Part shown: in pieces, positions 46,103-55,523 of the stretch
Layout of the letters: each line of letters begins with the position of its first letter
Numbering within the stretch: the stretch's first letter is position 1
From: Candidatus Latescibacterota bacterium
GTDB taxonomy: Bacteria; Latescibacterota; UBA2968; UBA8231
Assembly: GCA_965203175.1 (NCBI GenBank)
Contig: OZ241867.1
Span: forward strand, 1,472,001 to 1,536,000
DNA: 64,000 nucleotides
Reading direction: 5' to 3'
Notes under the pieces: generated by a model
Databases searched by the model: none
What the model was told of the DNA's origin: nothing
Seen by the model: only the letters and a program-made list of their open reading frames with translations
Position numbers and translations under genes: made by a program

Positions 46103-47623
46103 CTAGTCGTGCCGCAGATCCTCGCGCTCCATCCACAGGCGCAAGATGCGCGGCGATTGCCGCAGATAGTAGAGATAGGGCCGATCCTGCCAGTGCTTTT
46201 TGGCGGTGCGCTTGTTGTCGTGGGGATGCATGTTGTACTTCCCCCGATAATCGACGACGGTCTTCTTGTGGTTGTCGAGGGCAATGGTCAGAATGCGCTG
46301 CGGCAGCTTGGCCGGATAGGTTAGCTGCATCGACCACACCGACCGCTCGCCCTCCGAGCAGCGCCGGGCATACGAGGCGGCGCAGTGGTGCATGACGCGC
46401 CCTTCAGCTAGCAGGTCGAGCGTGGTGCGCAGCTCGCGTATTGACCAACGCACGCGCTCGCCCGAGAAAGCGTCTTCTTCTTCCCACGCGAATCCGCGAA
46501 AACCAGACGCCTCCCACGCGTCTTTCTCGCCGAGGGCGTAGTCGTCGGCGTTGAGGTCGCCGTGCCACTCGTCAACCAAGCGCAGCAGCTTAGTGATGCT
46601 ACGGCCCTTCATCGAGAAATTCGGCTGAGCCGGTGGCCCTTCAATGAACTGGCCGTTGGGGCCGGGCAATCGCTGGGGCACGAATTTCTGGTAGTGGATA
46701 TAATCGACAATCGGGCCGATGTAAGTGGGTTCCAGCATGGGTTGATTGGCAAAAAAGAGCATCACCGTCTCCCAGAACGGCTCGTCTCGCTGGTAGTCCT
46801 TCAGCCGCGTGGATAAAACGGCCCGACACGTGCGTCCACCCATGCCAGCGAATTGCGCCCAGCGCAGAGCGCGCGAAACCGACCAGCGCCGATGGGCGCT
46901 GGGAAAAAGGTGCGCCATGCGCTTAGTTAGCCGCAGCGGCAGGTCGGCCTTGCGGATGTTCTGGCCGATGCCGATGTGCTTGAACCACTCCTGCTCGCGG
47001 TGCGCTGTCGGAAGATCTCCTTGGAGGAAGGCGGTGTCCATAAAAGGCGGCACCTCGTAGCGGGCTAGTAGATACCGGGTAAGGCTGCGGAACTGTGCCC
47101 GAGGGCTGAGGTGATCGGTGCGCCATTCCTCGACGGGCCGGAGCCAGTCGCCGTAGTGGCGGGCGAGCTGCCCAAGGGCGTCCTCGTAGTTGTTGCCCTC
47201 TTCGCGCGTCCGATTGAGGAATCCCATTTTGAGGCCGAGGAGGTCGGCGCGTCGCTCCACGTGCTTGAGCAGGCGATAGAGGGCTTGACGGCGCTGAGGG
47301 TCCTCGGCCGCGGCGAAGAGCGCGACGAGCTTCCGGCTGAGCGGATACATCTCATCTGGAGGGATCTCGCCGCGGAAGGCCCGGTCAATGAGGCGGGCGC
47401 GGCCCGGGGTGTGGCTGCGGCCGGGGTGCGGCGCGATCGGCCGCAAAGTGTCGGCGGCGAGTTGACGCTCGATTGCGAGCTGACTTTCGGTTTTGTCGCG
47501 CTGGATTGCCAGGCCGTTTTTGCGGCACCAGATGATATAGCTCGAAAGGGACGGGAAGCCGAGCGTTGCGGCGTAGTGCCGGAGGGCGTCGTCAAATGCT
47601 GGCCGGGCCAATGCAGTCGTCAT
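46103..47623 (-). CDS. PcfJ domain-containing protein
   Basis: IVDYI, FSMKGRS..LLRLVDEWH, ELRT..DLLAEGRVMHHCAASY...SVWSM...LTIAL. Confidence 0.87.
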   Translation of the reverse strand: MTTALARPAFDDALRHYAATLGFPSLSSYIIWCRKNGLAIQRDKTESQLAIERQLAADTLRPIAPHPGRSHTPGRARLIDRAFRGEIPPDEMYPLSRKLVALFAAAEDPQRRQALYRLLKHVERRADLLGLKMGFLNRTREEGNNYEDALGQLARHYGDWLRPVEEWRTDHLSPRAQFRSLTRYLLARYEVPPFMDTAFLQGDLPTAHREQEWFKHIGIGQNIRKADLPLRLTKRMAHLFPSAHRRWSVSRALRWAQFAGMGGRTCRAVLSTRLKDYQRDEPFWETVMLFFANQPMLEPTYIGPIVDYIHYQKFVPQRLPGPNGQFIEGPPAQPNFSMKGRSITKLLRLVDEWHGDLNADDYALGEKDAWEASGFRGFAWEEEDAFSGERVRWSIRELRTTLDLLAEGRVMHHCAASYARRCSEGERSVWSMQLTYPAKLPQRILTIALDNHKKTVVDYRGKYNMHPHDNKRTAKKHWQDRPYLYYLRQSPRILRLWMEREDLRHD

Positions 47624-47697
47624 GGGCACTTTCCTGAGAAGAGTTAATAAAGTAAAAGGCGCGAAAAGAGCGTAATCATGTCAACGAGAAAATCTCG

Positions 47698-47824
47698 GAT
47701 GAGATAGGCACTCTCCTTCATCAGTGAGAGCCCGCACTCGCTGTCTGTCATTAGATGCAGAAAGCGGCTACACAACAGCGACTCCGCCAGATAAAAAAGG
47801 TGGTTTGTATTTTGATTATCCGCT
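47698..47824. repeat. Deleted, diverged copy of 44574-45449 (44-bp dehydrogenase fragment fused to repeat B copy 2)
   Basis: 47698-47741 matches 44574-44617 (8/44 mismatches; LSLMKESAYLI vs FSLMKESAYLI); 47742-47824 matches 45366-45449. Confidence 0.85.
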
Positions 47825-47851
47825 TGAGCGGCCCCCAAAGCTTGGATCACT

Positions 47852-48715
47852 TTAGATGTGAGTTGGCCGGGTCTCGGCGGGCTGATAGTTTAGGGCTTGG
47901 GCAAATTCATCGGGTGTTTTATATCCGAGGCTACTATGGGGTCGTTGCTGGTTGTACAGGCACCGATAGTCCTCCACGACGACGCGGGCTTCGGCGATCG
48001 AAAAGAAGATTTCTGGCGTAAGACACTCGGCTCGAAAACGGCTATGAAAACTTTCGATGAGGCCATTTTGCCACGGGCTACCCGGCTCGATATACAGCGT
48101 CTGGATGTCGGCGGCAGCGCACCAATCCTGAATGAGTCGGGCGATAAATTCCGAGCCATTATCCGAGCGCATAAACGCCGGTGCGCCCCACGCTTCGACC
48201 AGCGCTTGAAGCGTATCCAACACGTGGTCACTGGGGATCGAACGCGCCGGGTGAATGACCAAACACTGCCGGGTATATTCATCTACGACCGTCAGCATCT
48301 TCACCGGCCGACCGTCGGTGGTTCGATCCAAAATGAAATCCCATGACCAGACATGGCCGGGATAGGCCGCCTGCACCGGAGTGCGCCGCGCCGACCGGGG
48401 GCACCGTTTCCGGCGCTCCACCGGTGGTACGCCTAACCCGGCTTGCCGCCGCACCCGCTGGACGCGTTTGCGATTGACCGTCCAACCCTCGCGGCATAAG
48501 AGCTGATGAATAAGCCGATAGCCCCAGCGCGGATGCTGTTTCGACAAGGTGATAATGCGCTGCTCCAGCCGCTGCCGCCGGTCGGTGGGGCCTTGCGGCC
48601 GATGATAATAACTCGAGGGCGCCAGCCCGACCACAAGGCAGGCCCGCCGCGTCGAGCACATCCCCTGTTCGGCGACATAGTGGACGGCTCGTTTTTTATG
48701 CGACGGGCTTACCAT
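47852..48715 (-). CDS. IS3 transposase OrfB (DDE integrase core)
   Basis: WSWDF, DEYTR, SDNGSEF, PWQNGLIESF, RPHSSLGY. Confidence 0.95.
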   Translation of the reverse strand: MVSPSHKKRAVHYVAEQGMCSTRRACLVVGLAPSSYYHRPQGPTDRRQRLEQRIITLSKQHPRWGYRLIHQLLCREGWTVNRKRVQRVRRQAGLGVPPVERRKRCPRSARRTPVQAAYPGHVWSWDFILDRTTDGRPVKMLTVVDEYTRQCLVIHPARSIPSDHVLDTLQALVEAWGAPAFMRSDNGSEFIARLIQDWCAAADIQTLYIEPGSPWQNGLIESFHSRFRAECLTPEIFFSIAEARVVVEDYRCLYNQQRPHSSLGYKTPDEFAQALNYQPAETRPTHI

Positions 48716-48984
48716 TTTTTTGCGTTGATCGCTTGCAACACCCGATTATCCAGCATCGCTTCGGCCAGCATCTTTTTCAACTCGGCGTTTTCTTTTTCTA
48801 ACGCTTTCAAGCGCTTGGCATCGGCTACATCCATACCGCCGTATTGCTTTTTCCAGCGATAGAAGGTGCCTTCGGCGATGTTATGCACGCGACAGAGTTC
48901 GGCCACCGTTTGGCCGCCATCCGCCTGCCGCAAAATGCGGATAATTTGCTCGACAGTACGAGATTTGCTCCCTTTGCGCTTCAT
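48709..48984 (-). CDS. IS3 transposase OrfA (HTH)
   Basis: ELCRVHNI..GTFYRWKKQYGG, KRLKALEKEN; A7 slippery run (GCAAAAAAATGGTAA) for a -1 frameshift into orfB. Confidence 0.95.
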   Translation of the reverse strand: MKRKGSKSRTVEQIIRILRQADGGQTVAELCRVHNIAEGTFYRWKKQYGGMDVADAKRLKALEKENAELKKMLAEAMLDNRVLQAINAKKW

Positions 48985-49118
48985 GAGTATGCTCCTCGTT
49001 AAGAAACAAGAAAATACTCACATCCAAACCTGTCCAGGTTTAAGGGGGCAGGCCATCACTCTCTTATTTTCGGTTCCTGCGGACCGAAGGGGTAGATCGA
49101 AACATGAGGAGAGGAATT

Positions 49119-49709
49119 ATGACGATCTTTAGGTCGCTATTCTCATTGCTCATAATAAGTTCGATACCTTTATGGGGACAAGAGATTAAAAGAGAACTTC
49201 AACCTGTGGAACTAGGAGTGACGGTAGAAGACTATCAAGAACTTGTCGAAAAAGACAAAACCTATTTGAGGATCTGCACATTTCTAGATAACAAAGAAAA
49301 GGTATATGTTAGGCATGTATTGGACAGAGAGCTGAAATCTATAAGCGGGCAAATAAAAATAGTAAAAAATAGCAATAAAAACCCTGAAGGAATAGACTAT
49401 CTAATGAATGTAAAAGTGATAAAACGCAATGATCTGCAACTGAATCCGAATGTGAAGTATTTCATAACCCGGCTACCTACATGGAGAGCTGATAAATCAG
49501 ATAGGTCTATAGGCAAGGAGCCAGGCATCTTATCACTAATAGAGCTAGTACACGTAAAAACTAAAAGAACAATAACAAAGTGGTATTCCTACTGCAAAAT
49601 TAGCTATAAAGAGGGCATTTTGATGCTAGATGAGCCATTTATAGAGGAGAAGTTAAGAAAGAAGATGATAAAAATATTCAGTGAAGGAATTAATATTGAG
49701 CATGATTAA
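49119..49709 (+). CDS. AT-rich orphan hypothetical protein with signal peptide
   Basis: Open 196 aa; GAGG SD; visibly lower GC and ATA/AGA codons compared with the flanks. Confidence 0.7.
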   Translation: MTIFRSLFSLLIISSIPLWGQEIKRELQPVELGVTVEDYQELVEKDKTYLRICTFLDNKEKVYVRHVLDRELKSISGQIKIVKNSNKNPEGIDYLMNVKVIKRNDLQLNPNVKYFITRLPTWRADKSDRSIGKEPGILSLIELVHVKTKRTITKWYSYCKISYKEGILMLDEPFIEEKLRKKMIKIFSEGINIEHD

Positions 49710-49823
49710 AAGTAAAACAAGCTTAAAACAAGCTCGATGAGTTGGGCTGCTAGTAGCGTAAGAGTTCGACCTCAAACTACCCTATCTACTTCAAGATTTA
49801 TTCGGCTCTTCCTTACCTGACTA

Positions 49824-51155
49824 TTAAATACCGATGCGCTCTAGGGCCACGGCCGCATTGGCGCGGGCGTAGCGATCCTCGTCGTCGATGTTTTTGCGCA
49901 GGGCGGGCACAGCTTCGGCGGCGGCTGGGCCGATCTTGGCCAGTGAGAGTGCGGCGTTGTGGCGGACCCAGCTCTCGGAATCTCGCAGGCGATGGCTCAG
50001 GGCGGGCACGGCATCGGCGGCGGTCGGACCGATATTGCCCAATGCCTCAACCGCGTTGCGCCGCACCCACTCGGCCTCGTCGTCGAGGACGCGGATGAGA
50101 TGGGGCACGGTGTCAGACGCTGTGGTTCCCAAGTCGCCGAGTACATCGGCGGCCGCGGCGCGCAGCCACCAGTCGTTTTCGCCGAGCAGTTCTACCATGT
50201 GGGGCACAGCGGGACGGCCAACAGCGGAAAGGGCAAAGACCGCGTCGAGTTGGTTGGGGTTAGTGTGTTCGTTCGCTAGGTTGGCTTCAAGACGCGCTTT
50301 GGCCTCGCAACTCAGCGCATTCAAGAGGACGGGCATTGCTTCCTCGCCGCGCGCAGCCAACGCATATACGGCGCGCAGCCGCTTGGCTTCGACTTCGGCG
50401 TCTAGAGCCTGACGCAATTCGTCGAGCGAAACCGCCGTAGAGGCTGCGGTGCCATTGGTGCCGCGCATCCAATCCCAAGCGCGACGACACAGATCGGCGG
50501 GTGGGTCGGTGCCTTCGGCTTGCCAAGTGCCGTCGCGATGGTCCCACGAGGGCGTCTGCGGCTCGCCCATGCGGGTGAAGAGGAACTTGACCATGAAGCG
50601 GTCGCGGTCGCTGGCGTTGGGCATGGCGCGGTGCCAGAGGTCGTAGTGAACGATGGTCACCGTTCCGGCCCGGCCGCAGAGAGGCTGTTCTTCCCGCTCG
50701 TAGGCTTGTTCAGACGAATTATAGTACTGAGTGGCCGGCAAAATCGCGGTCGGACCCATGTCCAAGCTAACGTCCTGCGGATAGTAGAAGGCCATGGTCC
50801 AGCGAGTGCGGTGGTGACGGACGTTCTGGTCGTTTTCATAGCTGTCTTGGTGCATGCCTTGGCCTTGGGACCCACTGGGATTGTGGTGGCAGTGGCGGTG
50901 CGGGTGGATGAGGTAGGAAGGGCCGAGGAGGCTCTGAAGTGCACCGTCAACAGCGGGGTCGCGGAGGATTTGATATAGGTCCGGGACTTTGGGGAGGATG
51001 TCGTTACCGGGATTGCCTTCGGTAGCAAATAGGGTTTCGATTTGGCGGTGGATATTTTGGTGGACCGCGGGCGGGTGAGCGGTTTGCACAGTGGTATAGC
51101 CATTGGTCAAGTAGGCTTGGACTTGGGCGTCGGTCAGGAGGATGGGTGCGGGCAT
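49824..51155 (-). CDS. PhyH dioxygenase fused to HEAT/PBS-lyase repeats
   Basis: MHQD, HYDLWHRA; C-terminal VRRNAVEALGNIG.AADAVPAL repeats. Confidence 0.92.
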   Translation of the reverse strand: MPAPILLTDAQVQAYLTNGYTTVQTAHPPAVHQNIHRQIETLFATEGNPGNDILPKVPDLYQILRDPAVDGALQSLLGPSYLIHPHRHCHHNPSGSQGQGMHQDSYENDQNVRHHRTRWTMAFYYPQDVSLDMGPTAILPATQYYNSSEQAYEREEQPLCGRAGTVTIVHYDLWHRAMPNASDRDRFMVKFLFTRMGEPQTPSWDHRDGTWQAEGTDPPADLCRRAWDWMRGTNGTAASTAVSLDELRQALDAEVEAKRLRAVYALAARGEEAMPVLLNALSCEAKARLEANLANEHTNPNQLDAVFALSAVGRPAVPHMVELLGENDWWLRAAAADVLGDLGTTASDTVPHLIRVLDDEAEWVRRNAVEALGNIGPTAADAVPALSHRLRDSESWVRHNAALSLAKIGPAAAEAVPALRKNIDDEDRYARANAAVALERIGI

Positions 51156-51336
51156 GAGGCAGGCCTTTTTGGTGTATAGAAGGATCAACGCATTGGTAAA
51201 GAATAACGATAATTGGCCATGCAGATTGCAAGCGCCGCTGTCTCAAGTCAGTTAATACCACCACTTGACGCGGCGTTTTTAATTCTGCATAGAGAGCGGC
51301 ACAAAAACTAGCTGCTTCCCGGACAAAGGAGGGATT

Positions 51337-53097
51337 GTGTCGGGTCTGGATTACGCGCTGATGGCGCTCTACATGCTCTTTTTGGTGGGGATGGGACTGT
51401 ACTACAGGAGATTCGCCCAACAGAGCATGGAAAATTACTTCTTGGGTGGGCGCAAGATGAAGGGGTGGATGAGCGGCACCAGCTATGCGGTCACCTGCAT
51501 GAACGCCGACGTAGCGCCAGCGTACTGCGGCATGACGGTCATCACCGGGACCTTTATCTGCTGGTGGTATTTGAGCCGCTTCGGGTTGGCGCTGATGATC
51601 GGTGGGCTGCTCTTTGCCGCGTGCTGGCGGCGGTTGAAAATTTTTACCTCGCCGGAATTTTACGAACTCCGCTTTGGCGGTGCGGCCGCGCCGACGATGC
51701 GCGCTTGGGTCTCTATGCGCAGCGCGTTTATCGCAGTGGTAGCTTGGACCGGGGCAGGGCTTTTGGGGCTGACAAAAGTGTCCGAGGCGCTCTTGGGCTG
51801 GTCGCGCTTTGAGACCTTTTTGCTGGTCATTCCGATCATCTTGGTCTATGTAGTGCTCTCCGGCTACATGGGCGTGGTGATATCGGATTTGATCCAAACC
51901 GTGATCATGATCGCATCCTCGCTGATATTGATGGGCTTGGTCTGGGCCGACTTCGGCGGGCCGACAGGGCTCTATCAGGCACTGGTCACGCAGTTTGGGG
52001 AAGGGGTCGTTAGCTGGCATCCGCCGATGAGTCACGAACTTTTGGGGGTGGTGGGGATTATCGCTTGGACGATGGGGACCGCGATCGGCTATGGCGGCGA
52101 TGTGGCCCCGATGGCCGGAGCGATGGAGGGCCAACGGCTGCTCTCGTGCCGCAACAGCCGCGAGGCAACGCGGATGTACGTCTGGACCGAGATCGTGCTT
52201 TTCCTAATGCTAGCGGTGTTGACTCTGCCGGCTCTGGGGGCGATGGTCAAATGGCCGGGCCTGCACGACGGCAGCATGGACAAGGAACTGGCCTACGGTC
52301 TCTTATTGGGCCACTATCTGCCCTCAGGCCTTTTGGGGCTGGCGCTGGTGGCGATGTTCGCGTCAATCATGTCCACGGTGGACTCCAACATGAACTTCGG
52401 GGCCCAAGTCTTTATCAACGACGTGTATCGCCGCTTTATCAAGCGCGGCGCTGAGATGGGTCACTACATGGGCGTCGGTCGGGTGGTGATGCTGGCGATC
52501 ATGGGCCTTTCGCTGGCGGTCGCGCTACAGGCCGAGAACGTCATCGATATCGCGGTCTTCATGCTCGGGCTTTCTTCAGCCGAACTGACGGCCAATTGGG
52601 GCCAGTGGTGGTGGTGGCGCTTTAACGGCAAGGCGCGATTGGCCGCCTCGTTCGGCGGGCCGGTAGTCTTTCTCCTGAACAAGTACCTGGTTTTCGCCTA
52701 TTGGATAGACGCGGGGCAGGATGCGGCGTATGTGATAGTTCTCTCGTCGATTGCTGCGACGTGCCTGCTCTGGATCGCGGTGGCGCTCTGCACCGAGCCA
52801 GAGCCAGAGGAAAAGCTCTTGGCTTTCTACAAAGAGGCGCGGCCGATGGGGTGGTGGGGGCCGATCGCGCAAAAGGTGGGGGTTGAGACCGGTGGCGGCA
52901 CGCCAATTATGCACGGCCTAGGTCTCGCCCTGCTTGGTGCGGTGGCCGTGGGAGGGGGCATTATCGGTTTTTCGGGATTTTACGTGGGGCGTTGGACCGT
53001 AGCGTTGGTCGGCGGGTTGGTGGCGCTGGTGCTGGGGGTAGCGTTGCGAGGGGCGTACACTCGATATATGCGTCGGGTGGGCGCGGACGAAGGGTAA
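51337..53097 (+). CDS. Sodium:solute symporter (SSS)
   Basis: YFLGGR, EFYELRF, QRLLSC, ASIMSTVDS..N, DVYRR; many TMs. Confidence 0.93.
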   Translation: MSGLDYALMALYMLFLVGMGLYYRRFAQQSMENYFLGGRKMKGWMSGTSYAVTCMNADVAPAYCGMTVITGTFICWWYLSRFGLALMIGGLLFAACWRRLKIFTSPEFYELRFGGAAAPTMRAWVSMRSAFIAVVAWTGAGLLGLTKVSEALLGWSRFETFLLVIPIILVYVVLSGYMGVVISDLIQTVIMIASSLILMGLVWADFGGPTGLYQALVTQFGEGVVSWHPPMSHELLGVVGIIAWTMGTAIGYGGDVAPMAGAMEGQRLLSCRNSREATRMYVWTEIVLFLMLAVLTLPALGAMVKWPGLHDGSMDKELAYGLLLGHYLPSGLLGLALVAMFASIMSTVDSNMNFGAQVFINDVYRRFIKRGAEMGHYMGVGRVVMLAIMGLSLAVALQAENVIDIAVFMLGLSSAELTANWGQWWWWRFNGKARLAASFGGPVVFLLNKYLVFAYWIDAGQDAAYVIVLSSIAATCLLWIAVALCTEPEPEEKLLAFYKEARPMGWWGPIAQKVGVETGGGTPIMHGLGLALLGAVAVGGGIIGFSGFYVGRWTVALVGGLVALVLGVALRGAYTRYMRRVGADEG

Positions 53098-53145
53098 CGA
53101 GATGGGCAGATGCAAGCCAGCGTGGCATTGACGCGGTAGCTGGAC

Positions 53146-53907
53146 TCACTCGACGATTCGCTTCAGCACCTCTTGCTCAAGTGCTGACAGCGTCTCGTAG
53201 AAGCTGCGCCGCACAGGATTGTGATGCCTGAGACCAATCAGCCTATACCAAGCTCTTTCAAAAGAAAACACTGCGACGGGACGGGGAGTATCGGTCGTAT
53301 TGGGCGTGCCACGATGTAGGCACCGAGGATCGCGGATCAATACGTCACCGACCTTCAACAGCAACTTGCGTAGCGGCACATCGCCCTTCTCGATTCTCTC
53401 TAGGGCTTCTGGACGCGGCAGCAGATGCGTGCCGTCGGCCACCTCAAAAGGACCGTTGTCCTCGCGCACATCAACCATGGCAAAGTTCACCGTGATGATG
53501 GCCGGTGGCGGCACGTGCCCAGGCTCCTCAGGAAACAGCGGCGGCACATCGCCGTGCCATTCCTGGTACACGCTGCCTTTGGCCGGCGTGTCCGTTGCGT
53601 ACTGGACCATCTCGGCATCATCTCCTAGTAGTCGCCTAACAATGGCGATGATACCGGGATCGCCGTGAATGCCGGACTGATAAAAAGGAGATTCAAAAGG
53701 CAACTGTATATAGTGCCGCATTGGACCCCGGTTGGGCGAGGTGCGGATTTCGTCGAGGTGGTCCTCGTACACGGACGTGAAGGCCGCAGCAACTGCTGCT
53801 ACCGCGTCCACGGGTAGGTGCTGTTCGAGAACAGTGTAGCCGATTTGGCGTACCCAAGCCGCGTGCTCTGCGATCCGCTCTTCGGTCATTCCCACGATCC
53901 TAGCCAT
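53146..53907 (-). CDS. PhyH-family dioxygenase
   Basis: QEWHGD, NGPFEVADGTH, GDVLIRDPRCLHRGTPN, PRP; GGAG SD before 53907. Confidence 0.9.
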   Translation of the reverse strand: MARIVGMTEERIAEHAAWVRQIGYTVLEQHLPVDAVAAVAAAFTSVYEDHLDEIRTSPNRGPMRHYIQLPFESPFYQSGIHGDPGIIAIVRRLLGDDAEMVQYATDTPAKGSVYQEWHGDVPPLFPEEPGHVPPPAIITVNFAMVDVREDNGPFEVADGTHLLPRPEALERIEKGDVPLRKLLLKVGDVLIRDPRCLHRGTPNTTDTPRPVAVFSFERAWYRLIGLRHHNPVRRSFYETLSALEQEVLKRIVE

Positions 53908-53923
53908 GCCAATCTCCGCATTG

Positions 53924-54712
53924 CTACGGCGCTTCCGGCGCTGGGCGCGCCGCTGGCGTCGCTGAGAATGCGTCCTCCCCCTCGCCCGCAATGATGGCAG
54001 AAAACTGCACGTATCCCCACATGTGGGGCTCGTGCATATTGATCACCCCCATCGGCGACCACACCCAGTTGTCGCAGGGAACGCCTTCCCTTTTCAAATA
54101 ACCGCCCTTGTAACGCTCGAACTCCCATTCGACACGAGAGAAGTTGACCCGCCAGCGGTCGCCGGGATTGGGAGGACAGGCAGTGCCAGCGTATCGCTCC
54201 ATGCTGCTCCAAGGGATGGCCACCTCCACCGACCAGCCCCGATCCACATCGTCCGAGCAATTGAGGGTGCCGTCGATCTGCACGGCGTGCTTGATGCCCT
54301 CAAAGTCGAAGCCCCAGTCGGCCTCGCCGCCGCGATTGTATTGCTTGGGCAGATATAGATCCCAAGCCACGTTGAGCGGGTTGATCTCAAATTCCATATA
54401 GTGTTCGCCATCGTCGTCCGGGTCGATGAAGATCTCGAAATCATTGTCTTCGCAAATGACCGAGTCTCGCTTGGTCAGCGTGCCCCACACGTGCGGCTCT
54501 TCCATATCGGCACCAAAGTAGAAATAGTCGTCGTCCCACAGCATAGCGACCCGAGTGGCAAAGCGAGGCAGGGGCTTTTTGTCTCCTTCGATGTCGACGA
54601 ACAAGGGAGTGCGAGGGGCGCGCTTCCAGGAGGCTTCAGTGAGGTGGCCATCGATGGTGAGCGTTTCTTTGACTCGGTAGCACATGTATTGTTCGGGGAT
54701 GATCTGGCTCAT
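53924..54712 (-). CDS. Carbohydrate-binding family 9-like (DOMON) protein
   Basis: IDGHLTEASW, LWDDDYFYF, DFEIFIDP, EFEINP, WSVEVAIPW, WRVNFSR. Confidence 0.9.
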   Translation of the reverse strand: MSQIIPEQYMCYRVKETLTIDGHLTEASWKRAPRTPLFVDIEGDKKPLPRFATRVAMLWDDDYFYFGADMEEPHVWGTLTKRDSVICEDNDFEIFIDPDDDGEHYMEFEINPLNVAWDLYLPKQYNRGGEADWGFDFEGIKHAVQIDGTLNCSDDVDRGWSVEVAIPWSSMERYAGTACPPNPGDRWRVNFSRVEWEFERYKGGYLKREGVPCDNWVWSPMGVINMHEPHMWGYVQFSAIIAGEGEDAFSATPAARPAPEAP

Positions 54713-55443
54713 TGATCGTTTCCTTGGTTTTTGAGGATAGGCCGGGTGAGGTCTGAGAGACGCAATCGCTGCTTGCCGTGGTCGTCAAAATTGTCTGGGG
54801 CTAACCAAGTTAGGAAAGCTTTTTCCAGCTCCGGCCACTCTGAATCAATGGCTGCGTACCACGCAGTGTCCCGATTGCGGCCATTATAGACCGTTGCTTG
54901 GCGAAAAATCCCCTCAAACGAAAATCCCAGCCGTTGGGCGGCTGCCCGCGATGCTTGGTTCAGGCTGTCGCACTTCCAACAATAGCGTCGATAGCCCAAT
55001 TCGAATGCCTGCTTCATCATGAGGTACATGGCTTCGGTGGCCAATGGCGTTCGCTGTAGCTGCGGGGAATAGTGGATGTGCCCCACCTCAATAGCGCCGC
55101 TTGCAGGTGCGATGTTGAGATAGCTCGCAACGCCGCATGCTGCCTCAATACGCTTGTCCACAATGGCAAAGAACAGCGGATCGTCACCTAGGCACTTCTC
55201 GTTCATCCAGTCTCGGCAACTGTCTTGGTCGGAGAATGGGCCGTATGCCAAGTAGGTCCAATTCTTGCCTTCTGTATCAGAGGCATTGGCCTGATACAAG
55301 TCGTCAAGATGGCTATCGACTTGCAGTGGCTCCAACCGACAAAGGCGACCTTCTATGCACTCTCGCGGCGGATTGGGTGGTGGCGTCCAATCCGGCAGTG
55401 CGAAGCTGATCGGCTGTCCAAGGCTGTTGGTACGATTGCTCAT
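54709..55443 (-). CDS. GNAT acetyltransferase, RimJ/RimL-like
   Basis: IEVGHI, LGYRR..WKCDSLN.ASRAAAQRLGFSFEGIFRQ, RNRDTAWY. Confidence 0.93.
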   Translation of the reverse strand: MSNRTNSLGQPISFALPDWTPPPNPPRECIEGRLCRLEPLQVDSHLDDLYQANASDTEGKNWTYLAYGPFSDQDSCRDWMNEKCLGDDPLFFAIVDKRIEAACGVASYLNIAPASGAIEVGHIHYSPQLQRTPLATEAMYLMMKQAFELGYRRYCWKCDSLNQASRAAAQRLGFSFEGIFRQATVYNGRNRDTAWYAAIDSEWPELEKAFLTWLAPDNFDDHGKQRLRLSDLTRPILKNQGNDQ

Positions 55444-55523
55444 ATCATACGCAGCGCACTCTCTCTGGCCGCTATCTTCCCATATTGCACAACGCGTCTT
55501 CGCGTCCCCGAACCGTGCAGCGA

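Larger units (their letters stand above)
47825..49055 (-). mobile_element. IS3-family insertion sequence (IS407-like)
   Basis: TG...CA ends with imperfect IRs (TGAGCGGCCCCCAAAGCTTGGA / TGGCCTGCCCCCTTAAACCTGGA); orfA+orfB; no target duplication seen. Confidence 0.92.

Noticed and set aside
45366-47824. Repeats B as attL/attR of an integrative element, or as DGR template/variable repeats
   Set aside because: No integrase, tRNA or reverse transcriptase nearby; mismatches are not restricted to adenines.
47644-47850. 68-aa ORF containing SLMKESAYLI
   Set aside because: Chimera of the IS end, an intergenic repeat and a dehydrogenase fragment; treated as a duplication scar.
51004-52134. 376-aa minus-strand ORF (likewise 29891-30643, 44232-45116, 57960-58898, 21299-22030)
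   Set aside because: Shadow or alternate-frame ORFs over well-supported genes, expected at high GC.
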